Virus record (IMG/VR): IMGVR_UViG_3300025736_000137
Span: 1 to 28,507 of that record
Source of the DNA: a virus
Taxonomy: Duplodnaviria > Caudoviricetes
DNA length: 28,507 bases
Direction: 5' to 3' (one strand)
A program made the translations under genes and the position numbers. The notes below the pieces were generated by a model, which saw only the letters and a list, made by a program, of their open reading frames with translations, did not search any database and was not told the origin of the DNA. This document shows, piece after piece, positions 16,552 through 28,142 of this stretch (the first letter of the stretch is position 1; every line of letters starts with the position of its first letter).

Positions 16552-17132
16552 TGAATAAAATTATTACAGACGAAAAACTTCTAAGGAATAAATGTGAAAA
16601 TGTCTCACTTGAAGAGGGTGAGACTATTGCTGCACAATTATTTGAGATACTAACCGCTACTGAATCTGGAGTGGCATTGGCCGCTAATCAGGTGGGGATT
16701 AACAAGAATGTGGTGGTTATCAATGTAAAAGAACCCATCTATCTTATTAATCCAATTATCACATCACAGTCCGGTGAAGTCTATTATGACGAGGGGTGTT
16801 TATCATTCCCAGGACAATCCGTAAAAACAAAAAGATTTGACACAATAGAAGTAGTATCAGATAATTACCCGGCCGGTGTATGTTTTACCGCATTGGGTAA
16901 AAATGAAATTGATACATTGGAATGTGTCGCCGCACAACATGAAATCGACCATCTGAATGGTGTTGTCATGTTTGATAGGGAATATAAACCAACTCCAATC
17001 AAAGCTGAGCACAATTTTGGTAGGAATGAAAAGGTTACCATTTCTAAAGATGAAGAAAAACGTGAAATAAAGTGGAAAAAGGCAGAAAAGTTGATAGAAA
17101 CCGAAGGCTGGAAACTACTTATAGATGGATAA
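16551..17132 (+). CDS. def: peptide deformylase
   Basis: GVALAANQVG, EGCLS, QHEIDHLNG; GRNE-type C-terminal extension. Confidence 0.95.
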   Translation: MNKIITDEKLLRNKCENVSLEEGETIAAQLFEILTATESGVALAANQVGINKNVVVINVKEPIYLINPIITSQSGEVYYDEGCLSFPGQSVKTKRFDTIEVVSDNYPAGVCFTALGKNEIDTLECVAAQHEIDHLNGVVMFDREYKPTPIKAEHNFGRNEKVTISKDEEKREIKWKKAEKLIETEGWKLLIDG

Positions 17133-17147
17133 ATAAAGGAAAAGGTT

Positions 17148-18305
17148 ATGGGCATTATTAAAAGTATTTTGGACAACGATCAGTATAAGCTGTCAATGAT
17201 GAAAGCTGCAATCTCTGAGTATCCAAATACAATTGTAAAGTACAAATACAAAAACCGATCACCAAAAAATCAAATCTTTACTCAAGATCATGTTGATAGA
17301 CTTAAATATGAAATTGAAGAAATGAAGCATCTGGCATTAACAGGTGCTGAAAAAGAATTTTTGGCAAAAAAATCATCCTATCTGGGGCCAATGTTTTTGG
17401 ATTTCCTGAGTGGATATCGTTATGACCCAAGTGAAGTAACTGTAAATCTGGTTGGAAGTGAAATTGAACTAACCATTTACGGATTATGGTATAGAACCAT
17501 TCTCTGGGAAGTTCCACTTATGGCTCTCATTTCTGAGATTTATTTCGAAGGAACTGAGCTGGATATGGATTTGGTATTGAATAATATCATATCAAAAAAA
17601 CACATGATTGAAGGAGCTGAAATTAATGTTTCAGATTTTGGTACTAGACGCCGATTCTCATTGATGATTCACCAGCTGGTGGTGGAAACTTTGAAAGACG
17701 TGTTGGTTGGTACAAGTAATGTGTATCTAGCTTTCCTTTTCAATCTAATACCAATTGGGACACACGCTCATGAATGGTTTATGTTCCACGGGGCCAAATA
17801 TGGTTATCGTTCCGCAACCTACAAATCCTTAGAGAAATGGAGTAATGTCTACAGGGGCAACCTTGGAATAGCATTAACAGATACATATACTACAGACGTA
17901 TTTTTACGTGATTTTGATATGTATTTCGCCAAATTATTTGATGGTGTCAGGCAAGACAGCGGTGACGAAATAGAATTTGGTGAAAAGTTTATTAATCATT
18001 ATGAGAGTATGGGAATTGATCCGGCTACCAAAGCTGTTATCTTTTCAAATGCTCTAACAATCAAGAAATGTGTCACAATCAACGACCATTTCAGAGGCAA
18101 AATTAAAGATGGGTATGGAGTCGGCACACATTTCAGTAATGATGTCGGTGTAACACCCATGAACATGGTTATTAAATTGAGTGGGATTTATGATCAGAAT
18201 GGTGAATTAATCCACGCAGTAAAATTATCAGATGATAAAGAGAAAAATACAAGTGATTCAGTGGAAGCAATTGAGAATTGCAAATTCAGCTTGGGATTAC
18301 AATAA
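17148..18305 (+). CDS. pncB: nicotinate phosphoribosyltransferase
   Basis: DQYK, DFGTRRRFS, GTSNV, GTHAHEW, RQDSGD, VKLSD motifs. Confidence 0.93.
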   Translation: MGIIKSILDNDQYKLSMMKAAISEYPNTIVKYKYKNRSPKNQIFTQDHVDRLKYEIEEMKHLALTGAEKEFLAKKSSYLGPMFLDFLSGYRYDPSEVTVNLVGSEIELTIYGLWYRTILWEVPLMALISEIYFEGTELDMDLVLNNIISKKHMIEGAEINVSDFGTRRRFSLMIHQLVVETLKDVLVGTSNVYLAFLFNLIPIGTHAHEWFMFHGAKYGYRSATYKSLEKWSNVYRGNLGIALTDTYTTDVFLRDFDMYFAKLFDGVRQDSGDEIEFGEKFINHYESMGIDPATKAVIFSNALTIKKCVTINDHFRGKIKDGYGVGTHFSNDVGVTPMNMVIKLSGIYDQNGELIHAVKLSDDKEKNTSDSVEAIENCKFSLGLQ

Positions 18306-18311
18306 AAATGA

Positions 18312-19946
<1,635 letters not shown>

Positions 19947-19956
19947 AAAATAACGG

Positions 19957-19991
19957 TTGACTTTCACCTGAATATCTTGTATATTCAGGTG
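19957..19991 (+). promoter_or_regulatory. sigma70-type promoter 5 overlapped by a perfect 11-bp inverted repeat
   Basis: TTGACT-17-TATATT; CACCTGAATAT-cttgt-ATATTCAGGTG (19965-19991). Confidence 0.75.
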
Positions 19992-20010
19992 TAAGGAAAA
20001 AGGAGATTAT

Positions 20011-20814
20011 ATGGATGTACAAAAACAAATTGATGGTTTGACAAAACAAATCAAAGATTATGTTCATGGGGCAGGTAAAAAAGGTGTGGTAATTGGAATG
20101 AGTGGTGGAATTGATTCTGCTGTCTCATTTGAACTCGCCATTAAGGCATTAGGGGCTGACAACGTATTCGCTGTTAGTATCCCTATTTTAGCTAATACAG
20201 GTGAAGAGTTTTCATCCGCGAGTGACATGTGGGGATATGTTTGGGAAAAGCGTGGAGTACGGCATGTAACCGCTCACGCTAGTTCACCAGTCATAGCAAC
20301 GACATCTGCCGTTGAAAAGGCATTGGGTCACAAATTGAAAAATAACCTGACTTATGCCAATATTCAAGCTAGGGAACGTATGAATGTTCTTTACGCTTTC
20401 GCATCCGAATTGGATTATCTTGTTATCGGAACTGGTAATAAATCAGAACACAAAATTGGTTATTTTACAAAATGGGGTGACGGTGGAGTTGACTTTGAAC
20501 CACTTGGAGCATATTACAAAGACGAAGTTTATGAACTTGGTAGAGCATTATATGTACCAGGTTGGATTCTAAACGCCGCTCCTTCTGCTGGGTTATGGGA
20601 AGGTCAAACTGATGAAAATGAAATCGGTATGAGTTATGATGAACTTGATTCTTATTTGAGATGGGATGAGTTTCAAAATTCCCTTTTTGAATTTGATGAG
20701 GAGAATGGGAAAAATTGCCCACTCAGCCCTGAGAAACAAAAAATAGTTGTTAAATTAATGGGGGCAGCTAATCATAAGAATAAAATGCCACCAACATTTG
20801 AAAGGTCAGAATAA
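20011..20814 (+). CDS. nadE: NH3-dependent NAD+ synthetase
   Basis: SGGIDS, NIQARERM, GTGNKSE, GYFTKWGDG, PSAGLWEGQTDE; no glutaminase domain. Confidence 0.95.
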   Translation: MDVQKQIDGLTKQIKDYVHGAGKKGVVIGMSGGIDSAVSFELAIKALGADNVFAVSIPILANTGEEFSSASDMWGYVWEKRGVRHVTAHASSPVIATTSAVEKALGHKLKNNLTYANIQARERMNVLYAFASELDYLVIGTGNKSEHKIGYFTKWGDGGVDFEPLGAYYKDEVYELGRALYVPGWILNAAPSAGLWEGQTDENEIGMSYDELDSYLRWDEFQNSLFEFDEENGKNCPLSPEKQKIVVKLMGAANHKNKMPPTFERSE

Positions 20815-21329
20815 TGGCAGTAAAAGTATTATACAAAGGTAAGTGGATGGAAATGCATGGCCGTGAAGTTGATGGTCATGATGATTATGAATTCACCCAC
20901 AGAGCGGGTGGCCGAGAAGCCGTTTATATGATTCCAACAACTGAAAATAATGAATTGATTATGATTTTGAATCATAGGTATTCAGTTAATAAAAAAGTAT
21001 TGGAATTTCCAGCTGGGCTTATGGATGAAGGTGAAGAACCATTCCATACGGCCAACAGGGAACTTCTTGAAGAAACTGGATATGAAGCCAATGTGGTTAT
21101 AATGCACCCATTGGGGATGAGCAACTCTGGGGGATCGGATGAAGAAGTTTGGGCCGCTAGAATGAAGGGTTGCAAGAAAATTAGTGAACAACAATTGGAT
21201 GACGGTGAAAATATTGAGGTGTTGATAATCCCAGAATATGATCTGATTTCGACAATAATGGGGTACCGTGATTTGGGATTTAAAATAAGTTCAAGAGTAA
21301 TCGCCTACATGATAGGTAAAGGAGAGTAG
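20814..21329 (+). CDS. Nudix hydrolase, ADP-ribose pyrophosphatase-like
   Basis: LEFPAGLMDEGE...ANRELLEETGY Nudix box; LDDGENIEV. Confidence 0.85.
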   Translation: MAVKVLYKGKWMEMHGREVDGHDDYEFTHRAGGREAVYMIPTTENNELIMILNHRYSVNKKVLEFPAGLMDEGEEPFHTANRELLEETGYEANVVIMHPLGMSNSGGSDEEVWAARMKGCKKISEQQLDDGENIEVLIIPEYDLISTIMGYRDLGFKISSRVIAYMIGKGE

Positions 21330-21330
21330 C

Positions 21331-21963
21331 ATGGGAAAAACAGCGTTATTAGTAGTGGATGTACAAAAAGATTTTTGTGAAGGTGGCCCATTGGCCGTTC
21401 CAGAAGCGGAGATGGTTGTACCAATTATCAATGAATTGATGGAAAAGGTCAGTTTTGATTTGATAGTGGGTACTATGGATTTTCATCCTAAAGGTCATGG
21501 TAGTTTTGCATCGACTCATGGGGCCGAAGTATTTAGCATGGGTGAGCTTGGTGGAAACCCACAGGTAATGTGGCCCGATCACGCGATACAGGGAACAGAT
21601 GGCGCTCGTTATCATAAACAGCTTAATCAGGGCGACTTGGAATACATTGTACACAAAGGGTTTAATCCTGATGCAGATTCCTATAGTGGATTCGCTGATG
21701 CAGATGGAACAGAAACGGATTTAAATAAATTCCTACAAGACCATGCCATTGAAACTGTTTATGTGGTTGGATTGGCTACCGATTATTGTGTCAAATTTAC
21801 TGCCTTAGATTCTTTAAGTCGTGGTTATGATACCATTATGGTGCTCGATGCCGTAAGGGGTGTTGAACAGAATCCCGGTGATTCTGAGGCCGCTATTGAT
21901 GAATTTTTCAAAATGGGTGGAGAAGTTACGCTTTCTGAAACTCTTTTGAAATATGGATTATAA
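21331..21963 (+). CDS. pncA: nicotinamidase
   Basis: VDVQKDF, DFHP..H.SF, WPDH, KG...DSYSGF, GLATDYCV (Asp-Lys-Cys triad). Confidence 0.93.
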   Translation: MGKTALLVVDVQKDFCEGGPLAVPEAEMVVPIINELMEKVSFDLIVGTMDFHPKGHGSFASTHGAEVFSMGELGGNPQVMWPDHAIQGTDGARYHKQLNQGDLEYIVHKGFNPDADSYSGFADADGTETDLNKFLQDHAIETVYVVGLATDYCVKFTALDSLSRGYDTIMVLDAVRGVEQNPGDSEAAIDEFFKMGGEVTLSETLLKYGL

Positions 21964-23068
21964 GATGCAAAAGGCTCTAACCTTCGATGATGTAACGATT
22001 ATCCCAAAATATTCGGAAGTAGAATCTAGATCAGAATGTGACGTGTCAACGCACATTACAAGCAATTGGGTATTGGATATTCCGATTATCGCCACAGCGA
22101 TGGATTCCGTATGTGAATCTCGTATGGCAATTTTGATGTATAAGTATGGTGGTATTGGGTTCATCCATAGATTTATGTCTATTGATAAGCAGGTTGAAGA
22201 GGTCGAAAAAACATTAAATAGTGTAAAAATTTATGAGGGCTGGGATGTCCACAATGATGTTGATTTGAAATATCCAATTGGTGCCGCTATCGGCATTAAA
22301 GAGGAAGAGAAACAACGCGCTGCAAAATTGATTGAAGCTGGGGTGGATATTCTTATGATTGATGTAGCACATGCTCATCATGTGGGGGTTAAACGCATGT
22401 TGGGATGGCTCAAAAAGAACCATCCAAAAACCGATTTATTTGTTGGAACGGTTGCAACCGCCGAAGCTACCCACGATTTAATTAAATGGGGAGCAGATGG
22501 AATTCATGTCGGTGTAGGCGGCGGTTCATTATGTGAAACTCGTATTAGAGCCGGCGTTGGAATCCCAATGATTTCATCCGTTCAGGAATGCGTAGAAGCA
22601 ATGTCATACTTATGTGAAATGGGAGAACCCAAAAAATTACGTGTAGGCAAACATGTTCCAATTTCATCAAATGGTGGCATCACTACTCCCGGAGATATGG
22701 CTAAAGCAATTGGTGCTGGTGCAAGTACGGTTACGATTGGTTCACTCCTAGCAGGAACAAAAGAGACCCCCGGTGCATTCAAAAGAGAAGGGAAATATCC
22801 CAATGAACAACTATATAAAGAATATAGGGGTTCGGCGTCATTATCTTCCAAATTGGATCGTGGAGAATCAACACATATTGAAGGAAATAGTGTGCGTGTA
22901 CTATTCAAGGGTTCTGCCAAAAGAATTCTAAAGGAACAGGTTGAGGGTCTGAAATCTGCCATGAGTTATTGTGGTGCGGTTGACATTGAAACCTTTCAAG
23001 CGAATTGTGATTTTGTGGGGGTGACACCTGCTGGTCAAGTAGAAGCAAAACCCCATTTGATGACTTAA
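21953..23068 (+). CDS. IMP dehydrogenase/GMP reductase family protein (no CBS domain)
   Basis: [22 protein letters not shown] (catalytic Cys), YRGSAS...IEG. Confidence 0.88.
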   Translation: MDYKMQKALTFDDVTIIPKYSEVESRSECDVSTHITSNWVLDIPIIATAMDSVCESRMAILMYKYGGIGFIHRFMSIDKQVEEVEKTLNSVKIYEGWDVHNDVDLKYPIGAAIGIKEEEKQRAAKLIEAGVDILMIDVAHAHHVGVKRMLGWLKKNHPKTDLFVGTVATAEATHDLIKWGADGIHVGVGGGSLCETRIRAGVGIPMISSVQECVEAMSYLCEMGEPKKLRVGKHVPISSNGGITTPGDMAKAIGAGASTVTIGSLLAGTKETPGAFKREGKYPNEQLYKEYRGSASLSSKLDRGESTHIEGNSVRVLFKGSAKRILKEQVEGLKSAMSYCGAVDIETFQANCDFVGVTPAGQVEAKPHLMT

Positions 23069-23161
23069 AAATTTAAAGTATTTTAAAATAAATGCGTTAA
23101 AAATTAAAGTTTCCTCTATTTAATTAATGACAAGACTAATTAATCATAGGAGGAAATTATC

Positions 23162-23338
23162 ATGGACAAATTAGACATTATTTTAAGTCTACTTGAAGAA
23201 GCATTGGAAGATGCCGATTGGGAAAAAGTTGGTGAAGCTCATAGCATTCTGATTGCACAATATGAAGACCCATATAGTGAATACAATTTAGATGATATCG
23301 GCAATACGTCAGATAATTCTGATGTTTGAGACGACTAG
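23162..23338 (+). CDS. small acidic protein; in-frame TGA near C-terminus (…DV*DD)
   Basis: AGGAGG RBS; TGA 23327, then GAC GAC TAG. Confidence 0.65.
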
Positions 23339-23341
23339 GTA

Positions 23342-23349
23342 ATACTTAT
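23342..23349 (+). promoter_or_regulatory. MTAYTTAT motif (candidate late promoter)
   Basis: ATACTTAT upstream of the structured RNA and tmRNA. Confidence 0.45.
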
Positions 23350-23357
23350 ATATACAG

Positions 23358-23500
23358 ATGGAGCACCACCTAAGAGCCGAGGCGTTCAAGGTGCCCTACT
23401 ATTGGAAACTCACCATACTTAGGAAAACCAATAGTGGCTACAATTAATGGGGTTGTGGTCAACGTAGTGAACAATTTAGCGGGGTCACTACCCATTAACT
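23358..23500 (+). ncRNA. candidate structured RNA upstream of tmRNA
   Basis: Four predicted stems and a CCTAAG/CTTAGG loop-loop complement; family not recognised. Confidence 0.4.
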
Positions 23501-23501
23501 C

Positions 23502-23882
23502 GGGGCGAAATTTGGTTTCGACGGGATGATTTTTGACAATTGGTGCAAGTAGTGATGGTACACTTTAAAAAGCCAAAAGACCAAGTAATTGGCACACAAG
23601 TACAATACGCAGTCGCAGCTTAATAAGCGGACTTCCGAATCCTATCCGATTCTAATAAGATAACGATTCGTCATTAATTAGATTTGTCCAACCGATGTGG
23701 GACGAATAAATCCAGAACCGGCGTTCCAGATCAATTCGGGGAGTACGATAACTGAAATAGGATGACGGGATATTTTTTGTAACTTTTTGAGAAATCCGAC
23801 ATCAAACATAAAAGGATGCTAAACTTGTAACGACCGATTGGTGAATACATTGCGGACTAGGGTTCAAATCCCTATCGCTCCA
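23502..23882 (+). ncRNA. ssrA: tmRNA, tag peptide (A)GTQVQYAVAA
   Basis: 5' GGGGCGA...GGTTTCGACGGG; 3' GGACTAGGGTTCAAATCCCTATCGCTCCA with G3-U70; tag ORF 23591-23623. Confidence 0.93.
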
Positions 23883-23889
23883 CAACATT

Positions 23890-23946
23890 ATTATCGAGCG
23901 TTCTGGGTTCCTAACTCGTATGAGAAGGGCTCAGATGCGATGATAT
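23890..23946 (+). other. long hairpin downstream of tmRNA
   Basis: TCTGGGTTC/GGGCTCAGA and CTC-GTAT-GAG stems, ATTATC/GATGAT base. Confidence 0.4.
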
Positions 23947-23968
23947 TTCAATTAAAAATGGAGGTTAT

Positions 23969-24529
23969 ATGATAGAATATTGTAAGGGCGATTTATTACA
24001 ATCTGATATTAAATACATTGCACATGGGTGCAACTGTAAATTATCAATGGGTGCCGGAATAGCACAACAAATCAGACACCAATTCCCAAAGGCTCACAAG
24101 GCTGATCTAGAAACCCTATGGGGCGACCCCGCAAAAATGGGGACATTCACAGAAGCATATCAACATGGAAAAGTCATTATAAACGCATATACTCAATTCA
24201 ACTATTCAACGGACAAGCTCGATGTCGATTATGACGCGGTGCGCACAGTCATGGAAAAGATTGAATTGCTTCTACAAAAAGAAGAAAATATGTGGGAAGA
24301 GGGAGATGAGGAATACAAGAGTATTCAATTGGGCATGCCACGTATTGGATGTGGACTTGCTGGGGGAGATTGGAATATTGTAGAAGGTATTTTGGATGAG
24401 GTGTTTGCAAATAGAACAATTTATGTGTATGATTGGAAAAACCCAGATTGGATATTATCGGGTGATGAATGGGATCGCGTAGAAAAGAATTTTAAAAATG
24501 GTACTTGGAAAGTATCACAGGAAGGTTAG
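23969..24529 (+). CDS. macro domain protein (Poa1p/T4 Tk.4-like ADP-ribose processing)
   Basis: KGDLL, HGCNC..MGAGIA, NAYTQ, MPRIGCGLAGGDW. Confidence 0.9.
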   Translation: MIEYCKGDLLQSDIKYIAHGCNCKLSMGAGIAQQIRHQFPKAHKADLETLWGDPAKMGTFTEAYQHGKVIINAYTQFNYSTDKLDVDYDAVRTVMEKIELLLQKEENMWEEGDEEYKSIQLGMPRIGCGLAGGDWNIVEGILDEVFANRTIYVYDWKNPDWILSGDEWDRVEKNFKNGTWKVSQEG

Positions 24530-24532
24530 GTT

Positions 24533-25318
24533 ATGTTTAAATTAACAGCAGAAGAAATTACAGAATCTTATGAAAAATTGATTGATATCATTGACAGCAC
24601 TTTTGAAGGTGAACGTCGTGATAATTTGATTAAGATGTATGAGCATTTCGGTGACAGATTATTATTGGCACCGGCTAGTGGAAAAGATCATTTTCACTTA
24701 GCAGTACCGGGTGGGTATCTCAAACACGTTTTGAATATAATTGAAGTATCAGAGATGATGGCTAAAATGTATAGGCACATTGGTGGTACAACGGACTTCA
24801 CTGACGAAGAGAGAATCTTTGCGGCTATGCACCACGATCTAGGGAAGCTTGGAGATATTGATAATGATTACTATGTTCCAGCTACAAACGACTGGCAAAT
24901 TAAAAGGGGCATCAGATACGAATATAATTCAAATTTGAATTTTATGGATGTTACTGATAGGTCTCTATTTTTATTGCAACAATTCGATATCAAAATTACA
25001 GATAATGAAATGTACGGCATCAGACTAGCCGATGGAATGTTCAAGGAATTGAACAAGTCATATTTCAATACATATAGTGATGACATGCAAATGAAGAATC
25101 ATCTGCCGTTTATCATTCATTGGGCCGATTGGATGTCTACTAGAATGGAATACGACACTCGGATGAATGTTGTAAATCTGGAAACTAAACAAGAGAAAAA
25201 AGCGATAAATAATATAAAAGATTCATTGATTAAACCCAAAGCAAAACCTGAGAAGGTTACGTCTAAGGTTGACCCAATGGCCACTTTTAGTAAATTTTTC
25301 GATGAAATGGAGAAATAG
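24533..25318 (+). CDS. HD-domain phosphohydrolase
   Basis: APAS...H...GGYLKHVLN...HHDLGK...HWAD. Confidence 0.85.
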   Translation: MFKLTAEEITESYEKLIDIIDSTFEGERRDNLIKMYEHFGDRLLLAPASGKDHFHLAVPGGYLKHVLNIIEVSEMMAKMYRHIGGTTDFTDEERIFAAMHHDLGKLGDIDNDYYVPATNDWQIKRGIRYEYNSNLNFMDVTDRSLFLLQQFDIKITDNEMYGIRLADGMFKELNKSYFNTYSDDMQMKNHLPFIIHWADWMSTRMEYDTRMNVVNLETKQEKKAINNIKDSLIKPKAKPEKVTSKVDPMATFSKFFDEMEK

Positions 25319-25319
25319 T

Positions 25320-25661
25320 ATGAATTTAAAAAACATCCTTATTGGGATTGGGAGTGTGTGATTTTTAGCGGTTAATTTATTAGTCATAAATGTATATTTT
25401 GGGATAGGGTGGTTATCTATTGGATTATTCGGTGTGCTATTATTAATGGCATCTATGGGATATGTCATATATAATCAATTCCAGAAAAATATATTTCTAG
25501 AACAGTGGGTGGAAGCATTCACTGTAAAAATCATTCACGTGAATGAAGAATTAGATAGGATTGATTCGACTGGAGTCTTCAAAGCAGATGATGAGGTTGG
25601 ATTCGTCTTCACAGAAATTAAGGAAGTAGTAGCGATGCTATCCGAATTAGTAGAGGAATAA
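25320..25661 (+). CDS. membrane protein; in-frame TGA at codon 14 read as Trp
   Basis: ATG 1 nt after the previous TAG; MNLKNILIGIGSV*FLAVNLL... continues in frame into the track ORF at 25434. Confidence 0.7.
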
Positions 25662-25662
25662 A

Positions 25663-26550
25663 ATGGCGAGAAAAAAGAAAAAGAGCAACATGTATTTCAC
25701 AATGGAAACCCAAGACGCGATTAACCGGTATAATGAGAGATTGAGCAGATGTTGTAATCATCATCCAGCGGATTGGGTAATTTCCAATTCCGAGATATTG
25801 GCAAAATTGGGATATACCCCAGATCAAATTGCCGAAAAAAGTAAGGAAATCAAAGCGGTTAAAGTGGAAGATGTATGTGGAGAATGCTATAGCATAGCTG
25901 AATATGATTTTGCAAGGACTCATTCTGAGAGGAATATTATTTACAGAAATGAGATACAATTCGCATTTGATAAATTGGCTGAGAATATTATCCACACTTT
26001 CAAATTTTATTATTTTGATATTCCAGTGGAAGATGTCATGGCCGAAGTGGTGTCATTTTTGATAATGAACATCCACAAATACAAACCATGTAAAGGGAAA
26101 GCGTTTTCCTATTTCAGTATTGTTGTTAAGAATTATTTGATATTGCACAACAATAGAAATTATGCAAAGAAGAAAATCCATGACAGCGTCGATACTATTG
26201 ATTTTGTCAGGAACATTACCACAGAACAAAAGCAAGCCCATCTCAAAGAGGACAAGGCCGAATTTATCCATTATCTCATAGAATATTGGGAGAACAATTT
26301 AACCACAGTATTCAAGCGCAAGAAGGATATTGGGGTAGCCGATTCAGTAGTGCATCTATTAAGAACCTGTGATGAGATTGAAAACTTCAACAAGAAATAT
26401 TTGTATGTATTAATCAGAGAATTGAATGGTTCCAAAACCCAGCATATCACTCGGATTATCAACATTATGAAAAAACACAATGAGAAACTATTGAAGCAAT
26501 TTAATTCTACTGGATATGTGGATACTGCTTGTACGGGTTCATTCTTGTAA
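25663..26550 (+). CDS. phage sigma-factor-like protein with Cys-rich insertion
   Basis: YFT.ETQDAI..YN, KLAENIIHTFKF, KGKAFSYFSIVVKNYL (region-2-like). Confidence 0.65.
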   Translation: MARKKKKSNMYFTMETQDAINRYNERLSRCCNHHPADWVISNSEILAKLGYTPDQIAEKSKEIKAVKVEDVCGECYSIAEYDFARTHSERNIIYRNEIQFAFDKLAENIIHTFKFYYFDIPVEDVMAEVVSFLIMNIHKYKPCKGKAFSYFSIVVKNYLILHNNRNYAKKKIHDSVDTIDFVRNITTEQKQAHLKEDKAEFIHYLIEYWENNLTTVFKRKKDIGVADSVVHLLRTCDEIENFNKKYLYVLIRELNGSKTQHITRIINIMKKHNEKLLKQFNSTGYVDTACTGSFL

Positions 26551-26578
26551 AAAATTAACACATTTTGGAGACTACAAC

Positions 26579-26608
26579 AGGGCACTATTTATTTAGTGCC
26601 CTTTTTTT
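26579..26608 (+). terminator. intrinsic terminator
   Basis: AGGGCACTA/TAGTGCCCT stem followed by a T run. Confidence 0.85.
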
Positions 26609-26616
26609 GTTTATTC

Positions 26617-26624
26617 ATATTTAT
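26617..26624 (+). promoter_or_regulatory. MTAYTTAT motif (candidate late promoter)
   Basis: ATATTTAT immediately after the terminator, ahead of the structural genes. Confidence 0.5.
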
Positions 26625-26663
26625 TAGTGAGTTATAATATCACACCTTAGAGGAAATAAAAAA

Positions 26664-27083
26664 ATGAACACAGAATATGAAATTTTCAAAGATAAGACAC
26701 TATCTTCACTATTCGAGGATATATATGTCAATTCAACCGATAATAAGGCACAGCTGGAATTATTGATTGAAAAAGTAGCATTGCTGATTACGAATACATC
26801 TTCAGCCGCTACAATTGTTCCAGTAGTCAAAGAATTTTTTGATATCAAAGTTAAAAACGATGAGAACCTTATTAAGCTCGCTGGAATCATTCAGAAATTA
26901 ATCTCTGCAGAGGGTAAGGGTGGATCGGAAAGGGAGTTCGGAATGTCTGATGATGAAAAGGCCCGACTTCTAGATGATGCTACCAATGAAATAGACAAAT
27001 TGAAAAAGAAAACCACAACGGTAACCGATGAAATTGGAAAAATAATCCCAAAGGAATTTATAGATGGCGTGGAAAAAAAGTAA
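26664..27083 (+). CDS. conserved large-phage hypothetical protein
   Basis: IFKDKTLSSLFEDIY...IVPVVKEFFDIKVKNDE.L.KLA.IIQ; GAGG RBS. Confidence 0.75.
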   Translation: MNTEYEIFKDKTLSSLFEDIYVNSTDNKAQLELLIEKVALLITNTSSAATIVPVVKEFFDIKVKNDENLIKLAGIIQKLISAEGKGGSEREFGMSDDEKARLLDDATNEIDKLKKKTTTVTDEIGKIIPKEFIDGVEKK

Positions 27084-28140
27084 TAACATATCAAATTTAC
27101 CTTCATTTAACAATGGAGTTACTTCTCTTGGAGACGTTTACAGGTTGCAAAAAACCAGAGAGAATAGCGAAGAATTTTATGAATTGGAAATTGCCGAAGT
27201 CATTGAAATAATGCTGGATCAGGATGATTTGCCAGAAATGGAAGATGGTACGGTTGATTACTCACTTATAGGGGCCGCCAAGTTAAGAATGGTATATAGT
27301 GAGCATGGCAAAAATGAATCCGAGTTGAGTTGGACTTATCCAATGGATACAAATTTAAAGGAATATCCATTAAAGGGTGAATATGTTATAGTACAAAGTT
27401 ATTTGGGCCAACAATTTTATGGTCAAAAAGTGAATTTATTAGCTTCAGTTAATTCCAATTCCATCCCCGGTATAAGTAATAATGCGGGTGATGATTCGGA
27501 ATTTGAGATTGGGGACATTTTCACAATCAATACGGATATTAGACAACTATGACCACATGAGGGTGATATCATATTTAATGGCCGCTTTGGTCAGGGGATA
27601 CGATTTGGTAAAAATGATCTGGATGATACGCTACCTCCAAATATAAAAATTTCAGTTGGTCATGCCGATTTTGATAACACTGTTTTACATAAACCCGCCG
27701 ATGAAAGTTTGGATGAAGACGCATCCTCAATATGGATGGTATCCAATGAGGAAGTATCCATCGTTCAGGGGTATCTAAGTGCCTTAATACCATCATTAAA
27801 TGAAGGTAAGCAAATTATATTAAATTCTGATAAGTTGATATTTAATACTAAGAACGGCGGTGACATTGGGATGTTGTCAAGTAACAATATTGTTCTGGGG
27901 GCTACTGCTAAGGTGGTGGTTGAATCTCCGGAAATCAAATTTGGTTCGGATGACGCTACAGAGCCACTAGTATTGGGGGAAGTGTTGCAAGGATTATTGG
28001 GGGAATTGATAGACGCTATAAATTCGATATCCGTTCCAACTGGAGTAGGCCCAAGCGGGCCACCAGTTAATGCGGCACAGTTTGCGGCTATAAAAACAAA
28101 ATTGGGACAAATGTTAAGTCCCCAAAATAAGACGCTTTAA
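27064..28140 (+). CDS. baseplate hub/spike-like structural protein; in-frame TGA at 27550 read as Trp
   Basis: Track ORFs 27064 and 27709 are in one frame joined by IRQL*PHEGDIIFNGRFGQGIRFG; C-terminal PLVLGE...PTGVGPSGPPVN. Confidence 0.75.
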
Positions 28141-28142
28141 TC

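Noticed and set aside
23363-23400. Twister/pistol or HDV-like (theta) ribozyme near tmRNA and tRNAs
   Set aside because: Only superficial TAA/CAAG similarity; the required pseudoknot pairings could not be built by eye.
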